Assembly: GCA_902547825.1 (NCBI GenBank)
Contig: CACCPE010000005.1
Location: 2,555 to 66,554 of the forward strand
Source of the DNA: an uncultured Pelagibacteraceae bacterium
GTDB taxonomy: Bacteria; Pseudomonadota; Alphaproteobacteria; Pelagibacterales; Pelagibacteraceae
Direction of reading: 5' to 3'
Length of the DNA: 64,000 nucleotides
Shown here: positions 1-9,351 of the stretch, in pieces
How positions within the stretch are numbered: position 1 is the stretch's first letter
Layout: each line of letters opens with the position of its first letter
Made by a program: the position numbers and the translations under genes
Notes under the pieces: generated by a model
What the model was told of the DNA's origin: nothing
Database searches by the model: none
Seen by the model: the letters and a program-made list of their open reading frames with translations, nothing else

Positions 1-56
1 AGCATTATGAAGAAACAAGAGTTCAGGATTTAATTGAGAAACATCAGAAGAATTAA
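1..56 (+). CDS. C-terminal end of a CDS truncated by the window edge (...HYEETRVQDLIEKHQKN*)
   Basis: Open frame from position 3 to TAA at 54-56, directly followed by a hairpin; product cannot be identified. Confidence 0.5.
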   Translation, partial: HYEETRVQDLIEKHQKN

Positions 57-77
57 GGGCCAGAATTAACTGGCCCT
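56..77. terminator. Hairpin between convergent genes, probable bidirectional terminator
   Basis: AGGGCCAG-aattaa-CTGGCCCT perfect 8-bp inverted repeat. Confidence 0.7.
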
Positions 78-84
78 AAAATTT

Positions 85-1395
85 TTAGGCTACGTAAAAA
101 CTAATTACGCTAAATACTGCAATTACCCAAATAGCAGGAGAGGTTTTTCCGAATTTTCCTGTAAATATTTGAATTAATGCATATGAAATAAATGCTAGAG
201 CGATACCGTTACTGATACTATACGTTAATGGCATTGTTATCATCGCAACCACTGCAGGGCCTGACTCAGCTATATCATCCCACTCAATATCAGTGATATT
301 TCTTACGAATAATATTGCTACGTACAGCAATGCTGCACCATCTATTTCTTTTGGTAAACTTGTGGCAAGCGGTGAAAAGAATAAACAAGCTAGGAATAAA
401 ACTCCTATTACAAGCGAAGTCATTCCAGTTCTGCCTCCGGCTTTTACTCCTGCGCCTGACTCAACATAACTAGTTACAGTTGTTGTCCCCATCATTGCTC
501 CAGCTACTGTTCCCACACTGTCAGATAACATTGCTTTGTTGATGTCTTGCACTTTACCTTTTTTATCAACTTTACCTGCTACGTTAGCAACAGATGTTAA
601 TGTTCCTGCTGTATCGAAAAAGTCGATAAACAATAATGTAAAAACTATTGAAGCCATACCCGCAGTGAGCGCTGCTTTTAGATCAAAATCAAATAAGTAT
701 GTCATTGGTGGTATTGAACCAACAACGCCATTAAATTTTGCTAAACCAGTAGCCCAAGCTATTATACTAAATAAAAGAATACCAATTATAATGTTACCTC
801 TTATCTTCATCTTTTCTAAAACAATCATAAAGACAAAAGTTAAACAACCAAGAAGCACTAAAGGATTCTTAATGTCACCTAAAGTAACTAATGTGACTGG
901 ATGATCTCCTACTACTCCCATAATTTCTAAACCAATAATAGCTAAAAATAATCCTATCCCAGCACCAATTCCTAGTTTTAAACTTCTTGGAATCGAATTA
1001 ATCAACCATGCTCTTAAAGGTGTGAGTGATATAGCTAAGAAAATAATTCCAGCAACCAATACTGCACCCAATGCTGCTTGTGGTGTGTAACCCATTCCTG
1101 CAACTACTCCGTATGCAACAAATGCATTTATACCCATGCCTGGTGCTAAACCTATAGGCCAAGTTTTTCCGTAAAATGCCATGATGAAACACGCTAGCGC
1201 TGTAGCTAATATTGTTGCAGTAAATACTGCTCCAAAATCAAAAAAACCTTTTTCTGTTCCGGCAAATTCGCCAGATAAAATAAAGGGATTTAAAAACATA
1301 ATGTAAGCCATTGTAAGAAAAGTAGTTACACCAGCAATTACCTCAGTTTTAAAATTTGTTTTATGTTTCCTGTACTCAAAATATTTATCCATCAT
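85..1395 (-). CDS. NCS2/AzgA-family purine (guanine/hypoxanthine/adenine) permease
   Basis: TEVIAGVTTFLTMAYI N-terminus, APGMG, DFFDTAGT and YVESGAGVKAGGRTG motifs; many TM segments; GGAGG SD at 1405-1409. Confidence 0.92.
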   Translation of the reverse strand: MMDKYFEYRKHKTNFKTEVIAGVTTFLTMAYIMFLNPFILSGEFAGTEKGFFDFGAVFTATILATALACFIMAFYGKTWPIGLAPGMGINAFVAYGVVAGMGYTPQAALGAVLVAGIIFLAISLTPLRAWLINSIPRSLKLGIGAGIGLFLAIIGLEIMGVVGDHPVTLVTLGDIKNPLVLLGCLTFVFMIVLEKMKIRGNIIIGILLFSIIAWATGLAKFNGVVGSIPPMTYLFDFDLKAALTAGMASIVFTLLFIDFFDTAGTLTSVANVAGKVDKKGKVQDINKAMLSDSVGTVAGAMMGTTTVTSYVESGAGVKAGGRTGMTSLVIGVLFLACLFFSPLATSLPKEIDGAALLYVAILFVRNITDIEWDDIAESGPAVVAMITMPLTYSISNGIALAFISYALIQIFTGKFGKTSPAIWVIAVFSVISFYVA

Positions 1396-1530
1396 AAAAT
1401 AAAACCTCCGTTAAAAGTCTATTACTCTATATAATCGCTAAAATCTTAACTAAATCCGTCATATCTACCTTGATTCAACCAAGAGTAAATATATCTGTTT
1501 ATAACTTTTCGTTATAAAATAAGGATAAGA

Positions 1531-1836
1531 ATGAAAAGATTTTATTTTACGATTTTATACACATTATTTTTAATTTCATTAATTGGTTGTCAAACTGTCT
1601 CAAAGAAAATTGAAGATACGACAACTAAAGAAGAGCAGGAATTAAGCAAATGGTTAAATAAACCTGAAGAAGATCTTAAAAGTTTTTATGGACAACCTGA
1701 TAAAGTTGAATTTTTAAAAACAAGAAATAGAAATTACGTCTATATAACTGAAAAATATAAAATTAAGTGTGAGCGCAAGTTTGAGGTAAACCCAAGGAAT
1801 ATTGTAGTTGGTTTTAGTAGCAAAAATTGCTTTTAA
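1531..1836 (+). CDS. Small hypothetical lipoprotein
   Basis: Lipobox-like LIGC after a hydrophobic signal; AAGGA SD upstream. Confidence 0.75.
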   Translation: MKRFYFTILYTLFLISLIGCQTVSKKIEDTTTKEEQELSKWLNKPEEDLKSFYGQPDKVEFLKTRNRNYVYITEKYKIKCERKFEVNPRNIVVGFSSKNCF

Positions 1837-1871
1837 TTACCTGCGGAGTAAATACTCCGCAAGCAAGGTAA
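1837..1871. terminator. Hairpin between convergent lipoprotein and ibpA genes
   Basis: GCGGAGTA-aa-TACTCCGC inverted repeat, extendable by TTACCT/AGGTAA. Confidence 0.65.
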
Positions 1872-1873
1872 AC

Positions 1874-2317
1874 TTATTTAATTTCAATAAGTCTTTTTTT
1901 CTTAATTTCAGGGATAATTTTTTCACAAGAAATAGTCAGTAAACCATCTTTAAGCTGAGCACCATTCACTTTTACATCATCTGCAATTGTAAATGATCTA
2001 GCAAAAGATCTTTGTGATATTCCTCGATGAATAACTTCATCTCCTTCTTTTTCTTCAGTTCTTTTAACGTCTTTTGTTTTTATAGTTAAAAGATTATCTT
2101 CATATTCAACTTCAACATCATCTTTGTTAAAGCCAGCAACCGCTACTTCAATAGCATACTTATCTTTGCCTGCCTTTCGGATGTTGTATGGTGGATAATT
2201 GGTTTGTACACCAAGACTACCATTCCCTAACATAGACTCGAATTGATCAAACATGTCATCGAATCCAATGCTAAAAGGTCTAAGTGAATTAAAGATCGAT
2301 AGATCCTTACTTGTCAT
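1874..2317 (-). CDS. ibpA: Small heat-shock protein, Hsp20/IbpA family (start moved to ATG at 2317)
   Basis: NYPPYNI, AVAGF, IHRGISQRSFARSF and LKDGLL alpha-crystallin motifs; GGAGGA SD just upstream of ATG 2317. Confidence 0.92.
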   Translation of the reverse strand: MTSKDLSIFNSLRPFSIGFDDMFDQFESMLGNGSLGVQTNYPPYNIRKAGKDKYAIEVAVAGFNKDDVEVEYEDNLLTIKTKDVKRTEEKEGDEVIHRGISQRSFARSFTIADDVKVNGAQLKDGLLTISCEKIIPEIKKKRLIEIK

Positions 2318-2370
2318 ATGTCCTCCTTTGTTAGCAAGGTTAATGTCAGCCCCACTTGGCAACCAACAAT
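2318..2370 (-). promoter_or_regulatory. ROSE-like RNA thermometer in the ibpA 5' UTR
   Basis: Minus strand reads CCUUGCU-AACAA-AGGAGG: the ROSE U(U/C)GCU motif opposite the SD. Confidence 0.7.
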
Positions 2371-2372
2371 TT

Positions 2373-2402
2373 AGATATGGGAATTATTTTTATTTTTTCA
2401 AG
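2373..2402 (-). promoter_or_regulatory. RpoH (sigma32) promoter of ibpA
   Basis: Minus strand CTTGAA-N15-CCCATATCT, a close match to the sigma32 consensus. Confidence 0.85.
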
Positions 2403-2406
2403 ATTG

Positions 2407-4491
2407 TTATTTTAAAATTTTCGCAGTTTTTAAAATAAATGAATACTCTTCTGCTAGTTCTGTGATCGCATTGTCGCGGCCAGACATTCCTCCATGACCT
2501 GCTGCTTCCATTTTGCATTTTAATAATTGAGGATTGCTATCAGTTTTTGTCTCTCTAAGTTTTGCAATATATTTAACTGGCTCAGAGTAAAGGACTCTGT
2601 TGTCAAACAAAGATGTTGTAACAAGCATCGGCGGGTAATCTTTTTTATTAATATTGTTATAAGGTGCATACGATAAGATATACTCAAAGTACTCTTTACT
2701 TTTTATCGGGTTTCCCCACATCTCCCATTCGCCTGGTGTTAAGGGTAATTTCTCATTTAACATAGTTGTCATTGTGTCTACAAATGGAACTAACAAAAGC
2801 ATTCCAAAAAATAAATCGGGAGCCATATTAGCTACTGCTCCACCTGTAAGACCTCCAGCAGATCCGCCATAAAAACAAATTCCACCTTTGTATGTATATC
2901 TTTGTTCAATAAGATGCTTGGCGCAAGCTATATAATCTAAAAAAGTATTTTTCTTAAATTTTTTTTTACCTTTTTCATGATGTCTATCTCCTAAATCTCC
3001 TCCGCCTCTTACATGAGCTATCGCAAAAGTAATTCCTCTATCAATTAAACAAAATCTTGAGGCACTAAAAGATGGAGAAATGCTATGTTTGTATGCCCCG
3101 TAGGCATATAAAAGAATTTTTGATTTTCCATCTTGTTTTGCTGTTTTCAATCTAACTAAACTAATAGGTATCATTTGACCGTCATGAGACTCAGCCTTTA
3201 TTCTTTCAACAATATAATTACCGGAGTCATGCCCAGATGGGACTTCTGTTTGTTTTACTAATTTTTTTTGCTTTGAGACGATGTCATACTCATATACTTG
3301 TCCTGGAGTTGCCATACTTTCCCATCCAACTCTTATCATTGTAGTATTTGTATCTCTTTGCATTAAAGAAACACCAGGAACACCTATTGGTTCATCTGAA
3401 ATTTTAATTTCTTCTTCTTTGTTAGTTTGAATATTTCTTACAAACAGTTTTGATATAGCATCAGACTTTTCTGATCTAATAATATAATCATCTAAAAATT
3501 CAAACCCACCGATAACAGTCTCTTTTTTTGCTGGGATAAAAACTTCTAATTTATCTATCTGACTAGTCTTACATCTGAGTACCTTATAATCTCTAGCCTC
3601 CTCATTAGTGTGAACATAAAAATAACCTTGCCAAGAGTCTATTGAATATCGAACATCATTTTTTCTTTTTTGAAAAAGTGTGGGTTTAATTTCTTTAGCA
3701 TCAGTAGAAAAAAAATATTCTTCAGTTGTTATGTGATCAGAAGTCCCAATAATGAAATATTTTTCATCAGAGGTAATACCAATACCACAAGTAAAAGTTT
3801 CATCTTTTTCCTCAAATATAAGTTGATCTTGATCGGTCGATGTTCCAAGGACATGTTTGAAAATTTGTCTTGGTCTATGATATTGATCTAATTTCGAGTA
3901 GAAAAAGCTTTTATTATCTAAAGCCCAAGTGACGCTTCCGCTTGTATTTTCAATTACATCTTTTTCATTTTTTCCAGTTCTAAGATCTCTTAAATAAATT
4001 GTATAATATTCTGATCCTTTTAAATCTAGAGAATAAGCAATAAATTTATCACAATAAGAAGTGCTTACAGTGCCAACTCCAAAATACTCTGAACCAGACT
4101 TCTTCTTTTCCAAATCACCATCAAAATAAACTTCCTCGGATTTAGAGCCATCAATCAGTTGCCTCATTCTTTTACCGTAATTACCCTTAGCTTCTGTTTT
4201 TGACCAATAATAATATCTTTTATCTTTGTATTTTAATCCAGTATCATCTAATTTAATTTTTCCTTTGATTTCGTTAAATAAATTTTTCTGTAATTCTTTA
4301 ACGTCTGAGAAGTAGCCTTCAGTTATTTTGTTGTTAGCTTCTATGTAATCCTTGACTTGAGTATTTAACTTTTTTGGATCCTTTAAAACTTCAAGGATAT
4401 TAGGCTGATCAACCCATGAATAATCATCTTCTAGTGGAATTCCGTGATAATTTTTCGTAGTCTTTATTTTTTTAAGTTTTGGTATATTCAT
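2407..4491 (-). CDS. ptrB: Oligopeptidase B (S9A peptidase)
   Basis: GGSAGG nucleophile motif, DNRV and AGHGG catalytic segments, YAYGAY, beta-propeller-length N-terminal part. Confidence 0.92.
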   Translation of the reverse strand: MNIPKLKKIKTTKNYHGIPLEDDYSWVDQPNILEVLKDPKKLNTQVKDYIEANNKITEGYFSDVKELQKNLFNEIKGKIKLDDTGLKYKDKRYYYWSKTEAKGNYGKRMRQLIDGSKSEEVYFDGDLEKKKSGSEYFGVGTVSTSYCDKFIAYSLDLKGSEYYTIYLRDLRTGKNEKDVIENTSGSVTWALDNKSFFYSKLDQYHRPRQIFKHVLGTSTDQDQLIFEEKDETFTCGIGITSDEKYFIIGTSDHITTEEYFFSTDAKEIKPTLFQKRKNDVRYSIDSWQGYFYVHTNEEARDYKVLRCKTSQIDKLEVFIPAKKETVIGGFEFLDDYIIRSEKSDAISKLFVRNIQTNKEEEIKISDEPIGVPGVSLMQRDTNTTMIRVGWESMATPGQVYEYDIVSKQKKLVKQTEVPSGHDSGNYIVERIKAESHDGQMIPISLVRLKTAKQDGKSKILLYAYGAYKHSISPSFSASRFCLIDRGITFAIAHVRGGGDLGDRHHEKGKKKFKKNTFLDYIACAKHLIEQRYTYKGGICFYGGSAGGLTGGAVANMAPDLFFGMLLLVPFVDTMTTMLNEKLPLTPGEWEMWGNPIKSKEYFEYILSYAPYNNINKKDYPPMLVTTSLFDNRVLYSEPVKYIAKLRETKTDSNPQLLKCKMEAAGHGGMSGRDNAITELAEEYSFILKTAKILK

Positions 4492-4504
4492 ACTGAGAAA
4501 TTAT

Positions 4505-5017
4505 ATGAATTTGTTTTTATTGGGAATTATCATTTTCGTCGTAATCTACCTTTTTCTAAATTGGTTCGCTAGGGCTAGTTCAAAAAAGATAGCTACAACT
4601 ATAAAAAAAATTGCAATTTATATATCATTGATTCTAGCTGTATTATTTACAATTGGTGGTAAATTCATCTTCAGCCTTCCAATGTGGTTGATCTTGCTCT
4701 CTGGGCTCAAGATTAAAGGGTTTACTGTTCTTCAAATGTATCAATTATGGAGACTAATCCAATTTATGAAAAATAACGCAGGAAGATTTTCTCAAGGTCA
4801 GTTTGGCCAAACTCCAGGATCATCAAGCCTTACATCAGAAGAGGCTTATAAATTGCTAGGATTAAAAAAGGGTGCGAGCAAAGAAGAAGTTTTAAAAGCA
4901 GCTAATCAATTACAAAAAAAAATTCATCCTGATATGAACCGTAATGTAGACAGTTCTAGATTGAGTCAATTAGTAAATGAAGCAAAAGAAAAAATATTAA
5001 AAACTGATTTTAGTTAG
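4505..5017 (+). CDS. Membrane-anchored protein with a C-terminal DnaJ domain
   Basis: N-terminal TM helices; EAYKLLGL...HPD J-domain. Confidence 0.85.
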   Translation: MNLFLLGIIIFVVIYLFLNWFARASSKKIATTIKKIAIYISLILAVLFTIGGKFIFSLPMWLILLSGLKIKGFTVLQMYQLWRLIQFMKNNAGRFSQGQFGQTPGSSSLTSEEAYKLLGLKKGASKEEVLKAANQLQKKIHPDMNRNVDSSRLSQLVNEAKEKILKTDFS

Positions 5018-5972
5018 TTAAAAGCTCAATACATTTGTTATAAACTTTATCAAAAGAGATCTTGTCTGCACCTAAAGTATCATGGGTTGTTGTCTCTTCA
5101 GTCTCACCTTCTGGGATAATTACATTAATATTTTTTGAATACTTTCCATAAGCCAGGACTGGACTATCCATAAACAAAGCTACAGTTTTTAAATTAAGAG
5201 CTGCACTGATATGCATAAAACCTGTATCATTCCCGCAGTATAAATTACAATTTGCTATAATTGGAAGCATTTCATTTATCTTTAAGTTATTCAAAGATAC
5301 ACAATTAGATCCTATATTTGAATTCGATATTTCATTTATCAAAGGCTGGTCATTTTTTCCAGCTGCTAAATAAAATTTCGATGGAAATTTTTGATTTATT
5401 TTTTCACTTAATTTAATAAAATTTTTTATTTCCCAGCGTTTAGTTGGTCCGGATGCACTAATACCTAATACAATACATTTATAATTTAATGACATTTTTT
5501 TTTGAGCTTTTAATATCTTATCCTGATTGACAAAGAGTTTTGGTTGAGTTGATACAATTTTATCAATTTCATTCTCAGTGAAAATTTTTGCTGTATTAAC
5601 AACATGCTGCCCCTTTTTTTTAAATAGAGGATATTGAGCAATTTTCTTTATTCCTGCAAATTTACAAACTAAAAAATATCTTACTGAACTATTAAATATG
5701 AATACTTTATCAAATTTTTTTTCTTTAATATCTTTAATCAACTTTATAAATCCATTTAAACCATCGTGGCTACCGGTTTCATCTTCTAAGCGATCTAATG
5801 TTATGACCTCTTTGATATGAGGATCGTCTTGAAAAAGATCTTTTGCCCTAGTATTTTCTTTGGCTAATATAGAAACTGGTTTTTCATATTTTTTCGAGAT
5901 TTCATGTATATAATTCAGGTGAATTATACAGTCTCCTAGCCCAACTTTATTTATTAGAATCAGAACTTTCAT
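5010..5972 (-). CDS. Glycosyltransferase family 9 (LPS heptosyltransferase-like)
   Basis: GLGD N-terminal motif, KRW, GNDTGFMHISAAL. Confidence 0.88.
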   Translation of the reverse strand: MKVLILINKVGLGDCIIHLNYIHEISKKYEKPVSILAKENTRAKDLFQDDPHIKEVITLDRLEDETGSHDGLNGFIKLIKDIKEKKFDKVFIFNSSVRYFLVCKFAGIKKIAQYPLFKKKGQHVVNTAKIFTENEIDKIVSTQPKLFVNQDKILKAQKKMSLNYKCIVLGISASGPTKRWEIKNFIKLSEKINQKFPSKFYLAAGKNDQPLINEISNSNIGSNCVSLNNLKINEMLPIIANCNLYCGNDTGFMHISAALNLKTVALFMDSPVLAYGKYSKNINVIIPEGETEETTTHDTLGADKISFDKVYNKCIELLTN

Positions 5973-6019
5973 TTTTGAAACTTATATTATAATTTATTTC
6001 AATAAATTGGGACAATAAG

Positions 6020-6904
6020 ATGTTGAAACGAGGCGTATACGCAGCAAGTTTAAGTGTTTTAAATAAAGACTTAACGTTAAATGTTGAGGCTACTATTTCT
6101 CATGCTGAGAACTTAATCAAAAACGGATTACATGGATGCTTCTTTTTTGGAAGCACTGGAATGTCACAACTGATTTCTAAAAATGAAAAAATGGAGCTAA
6201 TTTCAAAAATTTCTACACATAAACAAAGGAAACACTTTTATTTAGGTACTGGCTGCAACAGTCTTAATGAAAATATTGAGTTAATAAAATATGCCAGCGA
6301 GTTTAATTTTAATACGATTTTGTTAATGCCAAGCGCATACTATGTTGGAAATTCTGATGAGGGAGTTTTTGAGTTTTACAAAAAAATAATTTTAGCATGC
6401 CCAAAAATTAAAATTGTAATTTATAATTTTCAAAAATTATCTGGTTATATTTTTTCAATTGATGCAATTACAAAATTAGTTAAGTCATTTCCTAAAAATA
6501 TAATTGGAGTTAAAGATTCATCTTATAATTTGTATGAAAATTTGAAAATTAAAAATTTTTTAATATTTCCTGGTAGTGAGGCTAAACTTCTTAAAGGATT
6601 AGAAAAAGGATCTAGCGGTGTTATAAGTGCAGTAACCAACTCAACGCACTCCTTAGCCAGAAAAGTATTTGATGATTTTGAAAATAAGATGCCACAAACA
6701 AAAAATGATCAATTAATAGGTGTTCGTGAAACCTTCGACGGCTACAATTTAATATCAGCTTTGCACAGTTTTCATTCGATAAAAGATGAAAACTATAAGA
6801 ATATATTACCTCCACTTACTTTGTTAAGTGAGCAAAAACTTAAGGAACTCATTGAAAAATTAAACAAACTAAAATTTATTAGCGAAGAAAACATAGCGGC
6901 ATAA
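6020..6904 (+). CDS. Dihydrodipicolinate synthase/class I aldolase family protein
   Basis: GSTG, YN and GVKDSS (Schiff-base Lys) motifs. Confidence 0.85.
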   Translation: MLKRGVYAASLSVLNKDLTLNVEATISHAENLIKNGLHGCFFFGSTGMSQLISKNEKMELISKISTHKQRKHFYLGTGCNSLNENIELIKYASEFNFNTILLMPSAYYVGNSDEGVFEFYKKIILACPKIKIVIYNFQKLSGYIFSIDAITKLVKSFPKNIIGVKDSSYNLYENLKIKNFLIFPGSEAKLLKGLEKGSSGVISAVTNSTHSLARKVFDDFENKMPQTKNDQLIGVRETFDGYNLISALHSFHSIKDENYKNILPPLTLLSEQKLKELIEKLNKLKFISEENIAA

Positions 6905-6907
6905 TTT

Positions 6908-8113
6908 ATGATCCTAGCAAAATTATTTACAAAAATTTTTAAAGAAGGTGGAATAATACTAATAGACTCTGAAAATCAAAAATATATTTGTGGTTCACCA
7001 CGACAGATCAACCCTATAACTTTAAAAATTTTGAAAAAAGATTTAAATTGGAAAATTCTACTGAATCCAGAACTTGAGTTTCCTGAAGGTTTTATGAGAG
7101 GAGACATAATGATTGAAAATGCCTCATTGAAGGAATTTTTAATGGAAGTTATAAAAAATCTAGGAAGAAAAGAAGTTAGCACAGCAAGTATTTTTTTTAA
7201 AAAAGTTTATCAAGCATGGAGATTTATCTCTAATTTTAATTTTCCAGGTAAATCAAAAAAAAATGTCGAAGCTCATTATGATATTGGTGGAAGAAAAGGA
7301 GAAATTCTTTATGATGTGATGCTTGATAAGAAACATCGTCAATATAGCTGTGGCTACTGGAAAGAAGAAACTAAAACCTTAGAAGAGGCACAAGAAAATA
7401 AAATCCAACATATAATAAAAAAACTTGATATTAAAAAAAATCAAAAAGTTCTAGATATTGGTTGCGGGTGGGGCGGTCTTTGTTTTGAGATAGCAAAACA
7501 TTATGACTGTGAAGTAACTGGAATTTCATTAAGCACTAACCAAATAAATTATTGTAAAGAGAAGGCCAAGAAGTTAGGTTTGGAAAATCAAGTTAAATTC
7601 GAATTATTAGACTATAGATTAGTAAATGGAAACTACGATCGTATTGTCTCAGTAGGTTTTGGGGAACACTTAGGTGTAAAGTTCTATAACACTTTTTTTA
7701 AGAAAATTAACAGTATTTTAAATGAAAATGGAAATTTCCTATTTCATCTAATTGGTGTAGTGGACAAACCTTCTGCTCCAAATCAATTCATAAATAAATA
7801 TATTTTTCCAGGGGGTGTATGTCCCTCACTGAGTCAGCTTATAAAGCCAATAGAGAAAACTGGTCTAATCGTTGCTGACACAGAAACTTTAATAAGACAC
7901 TATGATAAAACACTTGAGGCTTGGCTAGAGAGATTTTTAGCAAAAAGGAATGAGATAAAAGATTTGTTTGATGAAAAATTTTGTAAAATGTGGGAATATT
8001 ATTTAGCAAGCTGTGCGGCAGCTTTCAGATACCGCGATCTTGTTGTTTTTCAATTACAAATTGTCAAGAACTTTCATTCTGCTCACAGAACAAGAGACTA
8101 TATATATTCATAA
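6908..8113 (+). CDS. cfa: Cyclopropane-fatty-acyl-phospholipid synthase family methyltransferase
   Basis: HYDIG, QYSCGYW, LDIGCGWG, YIFPGG and MWEYYL motifs. Confidence 0.9.
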   Translation: MILAKLFTKIFKEGGIILIDSENQKYICGSPRQINPITLKILKKDLNWKILLNPELEFPEGFMRGDIMIENASLKEFLMEVIKNLGRKEVSTASIFFKKVYQAWRFISNFNFPGKSKKNVEAHYDIGGRKGEILYDVMLDKKHRQYSCGYWKEETKTLEEAQENKIQHIIKKLDIKKNQKVLDIGCGWGGLCFEIAKHYDCEVTGISLSTNQINYCKEKAKKLGLENQVKFELLDYRLVNGNYDRIVSVGFGEHLGVKFYNTFFKKINSILNENGNFLFHLIGVVDKPSAPNQFINKYIFPGGVCPSLSQLIKPIEKTGLIVADTETLIRHYDKTLEAWLERFLAKRNEIKDLFDEKFCKMWEYYLASCAAAFRYRDLVVFQLQIVKNFHSAHRTRDYIYS

Positions 8114-8139
8114 AAACTGTTATTAAATAAAATAACAGT

Positions 8140-9351
8140 ATGAAAAGAAAAAAAAAAAAACCAAAAAAAATTAAGTCAATAAAATCAAAAAAACTCAGAT
8201 CAAAAAAAAGTAAAAAAAATAGAAAAAAAATTACAAAAAGAAAGTCAAAAATTAAAAGAATAATTAAAAAAAAAAGAAAAAAAACTAAGTCACGAAAAAA
8301 GAAAATTAATCCAATTAAATTTAAAAACAAAAAAACGCAAAAAACAAGAGCGGTTGTATCAGGAATTTTAAGTTTTAGTGATAAATTGAGATCAATGCTT
8401 AGATTTAATTTTAATCTGGATAAATCTCTGCAGGAATTTTTTCAAGGCATTTCTAATCGAGTTTCAAATATTAAAAAAGTAATTGAAGAAGAAAGAGAAA
8501 AACAAAAAAAAATAAAAATTCAAGCGATGCATAGAGAGAAAATAGAAGCGCAAAAACGTTTTAAACAACAAGAAGAACTTGCAATTAAAGCTAAAGCACT
8601 TGAACTTAGAGAAGAAGAAAAATTAGGCCGTGAGAGAAAGATAGAATTGCAGAAATTTATAAGATTGGAGCAAGCCGAACTTAGAAAAGAGCGAGCAGAG
8701 AAACAGAGAAAATTTTTAGAACAAATAGCTTTAGAAAAAAAGATAGAGCAATTTAGAAAAAGAGAAGCTTTAGAAATAAAAAATTTGGAGAAATATGTAC
8801 TAAGTCAACAAAGAGAGTCCTACGAAGAAGTTCAACAACGCATAGAGAGAATTAAAGAAAAATATAGATCTTTAAGAGAACAAAAAGTTAATGAAGCAAT
8901 CAGAGAAAGAGTTGCTCAACTGGGAATTAAAATTGAAGATACAGATAATAAGGAAACTTTATTAGAAAAAGAGAGAATTTATAATCAGGAGCGAGAAAAA
9001 ATTGAGTATGCTTTAGAAAGTTTTTACAGATCTGCTCATAGTTTATGCTTTCAAATAAACAAAAGATACATTCCAAAATATTTGAGTATTATGAGGGTAG
9101 TTGACCGAAGATTTGAGACAGGTGAAATATTTATAAAATGGGATGATACTGCAGAGGACGATTGGTTAATTTTAATATACATCAAAGATAATTCTCCTGA
9201 TGAAGGAATTATAATTGAAGATAAATCAAATCCAGAAAAACATAGCTCTTATGAATTTAAACCAACTGAAATATTTAGAGCTTCAGATCTTATGGTTGAC
9301 TCGCTAACTAAATTGCTTGACAGAGAAAGAAATAAAAAAAAAGTTAGTTGA
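8140..9351 (+). CDS. Hypothetical protein: polybasic N-terminus, long coiled coil, globular C-terminal domain
   Basis: 403-aa ORF filling the gap between genes; K/R-rich first 70 aa, E/K/R/Q-rich middle. Confidence 0.75.
   Translation: MKRKKKKPKKIKSIKSKKLRSKKSKKNRKKITKRKSKIKRIIKKKRKKTKSRKKKINPIKFKNKKTQKTRAVVSGILSFSDKLRSMLRFNFNLDKSLQEFFQGISNRVSNIKKVIEEEREKQKKIKIQAMHREKIEAQKRFKQQEELAIKAKALELREEEKLGRERKIELQKFIRLEQAELRKERAEKQRKFLEQIALEKKIEQFRKREALEIKNLEKYVLSQQRESYEEVQQRIERIKEKYRSLREQKVNEAIRERVAQLGIKIEDTDNKETLLEKERIYNQEREKIEYALESFYRSAHSLCFQINKRYIPKYLSIMRVVDRRFETGEIFIKWDDTAEDDWLILIYIKDNSPDEGIIIEDKSNPEKHSSYEFKPTEIFRASDLMVDSLTKLLDRERNKKKVS

Noticed and set aside
536-904. Antisense ORFs in the track (536-904, 11591-11977, 27519-27890, 52676-53074, 56120-56398 and similar)
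   Set aside because: Each lies opposite a well-supported gene, has no SD or recognisable motif, and is an expected shadow frame
8064-8330. Phe/Leu-rich minus-strand ORF that looks like a membrane protein (also 40812-41018)
   Set aside because: It is the reverse complement of poly-Lys codons of the real gene on the other strand
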